A DNA stretch of 59,675 nucleotides from positions 1 through 59,675 of the IMG/VR virus record IMGVR_UViG_3300031857_018978. One strand, given 5' to 3'. This stretch comes from a virus. Lineage: Duplodnaviria > Caudoviricetes. Below are positions 57,467 to 59,675 of this stretch, one piece after another (position 1 is the stretch's first letter; every line of letters starts with the position of its first letter). The notes beneath the pieces are model-generated. The model was not told the origin of the DNA. It was given only the letters and a program-made list of their open reading frames with translations, and ran no database searches. A program made the position numbers and the translations under genes.

Positions 57467-58624
57467 TTAAAGATTGATTGCTTCGGTGATATATCCCGCT
57501 GTTGCTACTGGGGCAGCGTAAGAGCCTGACATTAAAATTCCAGTAGATTCATTAACCTCAAAAGACCAAGAAGTTGAAATTACTGAACGATCCCCAATAC
57601 TTGATCCTATTGAGTAAGAATCTAATCTGGCGTTTTGAACTTTTACTCCAAATTTTTTAACATTAGCCTGATTTGAAAAAACAATATCAAATAAATATCC
57701 GCTAATAGAAACATCTTCTTGTTTAAATGTTGTGGCTAAATTTTCTGCGGTAAAAGAATCAACTAAAGAATCAATGCTTAAAGTGGCCATTACAGGCTTC
57801 TGAACTTTTCTATGAAATGGGTAATTATTCCCAAATCCATAAAGAGCCTTTCTTTCTATTGGGACTGATATTGACAAAGATTGAAAATTATCAAAATCAA
57901 AACCCAACTTTACTGCGTTTGAAGCTTCGGCAGTTGCTGTTATCTGACACTTTCCATGTGGACAGCCGCCAGCAAAAAGACCGCTATAACCTGTCATGTA
58001 CCTTAAATTTCTTGAAGAGTCTAAGATTCCAATTGATTGGTTACTTGTCACCTCTGTTCCAGACCCAGTAACAAATAACGCTGGATTTTCAAAAGTTGCA
58101 GCGCTTACTTGAGATATTTCCGCATTAGCTCCAACAAAAGACATTGAAACTGTAGCTAAACTATTTAAACCTATACTTAATTCGTAATTATTTAAATAAA
58201 CATTACCTATGCTTAATACATTATGACCATTAAAACTTGTATTAGCGTTAAGATCTTTGCCGTTATCTTGAGCAATTACAACATAAAAATTTCTATCTTG
58301 GTTTGATGTGAATATTCCAGAGAATGGATTTTTATAACCATCGGTTGTTATGCCCACATCCATACCTACAAACTTTTCATTCCACCCTCTGTTTAAATAA
58401 TACTCTAGATTAAAATCAACATCTGGAGCCAATTGAGTATGTCTTATTGCAAAATTTCCAGTTCCAAGTTGTTTTAGTGGCGTGCGCTCAACATCAAAAG
58501 AAAATCCATATGATTGAATGAAATCTAATTTAGCGACACCAGATGCATTGCCCGGCGTTTGCATGGCTCCGCTAGGTCCAGCAAATATCGCCTCCATTTC
58601 ATAAGATATATATTGTCTAGGCAT
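57467..58624 (-). CDS. Putative tail tube-like protein
   Basis: Two repeats of QS..FS...ER.PL..LG pattern; beta-rich; tail gene context. Confidence 0.5.
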   Translation of the reverse strand: MPRQYISYEMEAIFAGPSGAMQTPGNASGVAKLDFIQSYGFSFDVERTPLKQLGTGNFAIRHTQLAPDVDFNLEYYLNRGWNEKFVGMDVGITTDGYKNPFSGIFTSNQDRNFYVVIAQDNGKDLNANTSFNGHNVLSIGNVYLNNYELSIGLNSLATVSMSFVGANAEISQVSAATFENPALFVTGSGTEVTSNQSIGILDSSRNLRYMTGYSGLFAGGCPHGKCQITATAEASNAVKLGFDFDNFQSLSISVPIERKALYGFGNNYPFHRKVQKPVMATLSIDSLVDSFTAENLATTFKQEDVSISGYLFDIVFSNQANVKKFGVKVQNARLDSYSIGSSIGDRSVISTSWSFEVNESTGILMSGSYAAPVATAGYITEAINL

Positions 58625-59592
58625 TAGTAAGTCCTCCTTACTCCTAATGGGTCTTCTATCATGGTAACCGATATATCATTTACATTTTTATAAACAAATG
58701 TATGCTCCCACTGCGGCGCGTAAAAATATTTATTCTGATTGTATATCTTTGGAAATCTATATTGAAATTTTCTATATCCTTGTTTGTTAATCAGGAAATG
58801 TAAAATGCAACGAGCTTCAGCATCACTAATTCCTTTGAAATCAATTTTAAATTGTCTTAACACATTTGCGTGCAAACCAAAATTAGTTCTCTTGGTAAAA
58901 GAATATGGTAATTCTGTTTTTATGACCGAAGTTTCTTTCGAGACTTGTGCTGAATATGTTGGCTGAAATTCAAATTCGCGAGTCCATTTATCAGCATTTG
59001 GAATCGTGTTGGATGCAGCTATTGACGAAGATGTAAAAGTTGATCCTGTACAGTAATAAAACGATTCGTATAAATGTCCGGTATTGCTGGGATAAGTCGA
59101 ATTACCAGTATAACGAACAACATCATATTTTGAATAACTTGTTGCCGCAGCCCAATCATTTTTAATATTTGATCCTGTTATTAATAAATTATTCCAATTT
59201 AATAAAGTGGATATTTGATCTGTGCTTGCGCTAACTGTTATATTATATAAATCATTTTCACTATAACTGTTATCAATATTATTAACAAAACAATTAAATG
59301 GCTTATAAATTTGAGCGGCGTCAGTATACTGAAAAGATCCTGTGCCATGCAAACTCTCAAAAAACCCAAGAATCTGTCTTGCCTGTTCTTGTTTGCGGTT
59401 TTCAAATGGCATTGATATTTGCATTTGCAAATGATTAAGGCCCTTTGGCATTGTATAAAAATAATTATCAACAGTTGTGTATTCTGTTAATTCCGATGAA
59501 AAAGAAACTTGCATTCCATACGAAGGAGTAAATGTGAACGACGAAGGGATCGTTCCTGTAACATTTTGATCTCTATCGTATAAAAATGACAT
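58624..59592 (-). CDS. Duplicated gpM-like (distal tail) protein with inserted CBM-like module
   Basis: Two F.F.P.Y...GL+H...F.......A..IL.F....G...F repeats, separated by WAAATSYSKYDVVRY. Confidence 0.7.
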   Translation of the reverse strand: MSFLYDRDQNVTGTIPSSFTFTPSYGMQVSFSSELTEYTTVDNYFYTMPKGLNHLQMQISMPFENRKQEQARQILGFFESLHGTGSFQYTDAAQIYKPFNCFVNNIDNSYSENDLYNITVSASTDQISTLLNWNNLLITGSNIKNDWAAATSYSKYDVVRYTGNSTYPSNTGHLYESFYYCTGSTFTSSSIAASNTIPNADKWTREFEFQPTYSAQVSKETSVIKTELPYSFTKRTNFGLHANVLRQFKIDFKGISDAEARCILHFLINKQGYRKFQYRFPKIYNQNKYFYAPQWEHTFVYKNVNDISVTMIEDPLGVRRTY

Positions 59593-59675
59593 TATAAAAA
59601 TCCTTGGTAATTAAGAGTCATTATGGCATCATCTGTTGCGCTTGTATTTATTGATTCTCCAATAAGTTCCATATT
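59592..59675 (-). CDS. 3' end of a tail-region gene (partial)
   Basis: Reads ...NMELIGESINTSATDDAIMTLNYQGFL* with a TAATG overlap into the next gene. Confidence 0.55.
   Translation of the reverse strand, partial: NMELIGESINTSATDDAIMTLNYQGFL

Noticed and set aside
1360-59471. Many short (60-170 aa) ORFs nested in or antisense to long genes
   Set aside because: They lie within well-supported CDSs and show no motifs; treated as shadow ORFs.
1-59675. Stop-codon reassignment explaining the split genes; tRNA or DGR elements
   Set aside because: TAA, TGA and TAG all end genes, the splits involve frame changes rather than in-frame stops, and no tRNA cloverleaf, reverse transcriptase or TR/VR pair was seen by eye.

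Overview
AT-rich fragment of a large tailed (siphovirus-like) dsDNA bacteriophage using the standard genetic code. No rRNA, tRNA, CRISPR array or integrase was seen. Left end (+ strand): lambda-like tail-tip genes L-K-I-J, decorated with inserted PA14, CBM-like and VWA-like domains, with J split across several genes. Middle (11.4-45.8 kb, - strand): class Ia RNR, glycosyltransferases, secreted Ig proteins, ClpC, a three-gene Pol III (PHP / DnaQ / DnaE core), primase, DnaB, RecA, ThyX, a TpsA-like beta-helix protein coupled to a GT90 enzyme, GDP-sugar genes (gmd, ColD-like), GuaC, and a holin-like gene paired with a truncated chemoreceptor. At the strand switch (45.85-45.99 kb) lies a mirror-symmetric C-run tract (run lengths 6,4,3,5,7|7,5,3,4,6) that fits the rules for a purine-motif triplex (*H-DNA) and is flanked by small hairpins. 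It is the strongest candidate for an undescribed element. A short + strand block follows (dut, sigma factor, ssb, GT, hsp20 with a sigma-54-type promoter), then a TibC/Aah-like glycosyltransferase and more tail genes (- strand). All family assignments come from motif recognition by eye, not database searches.
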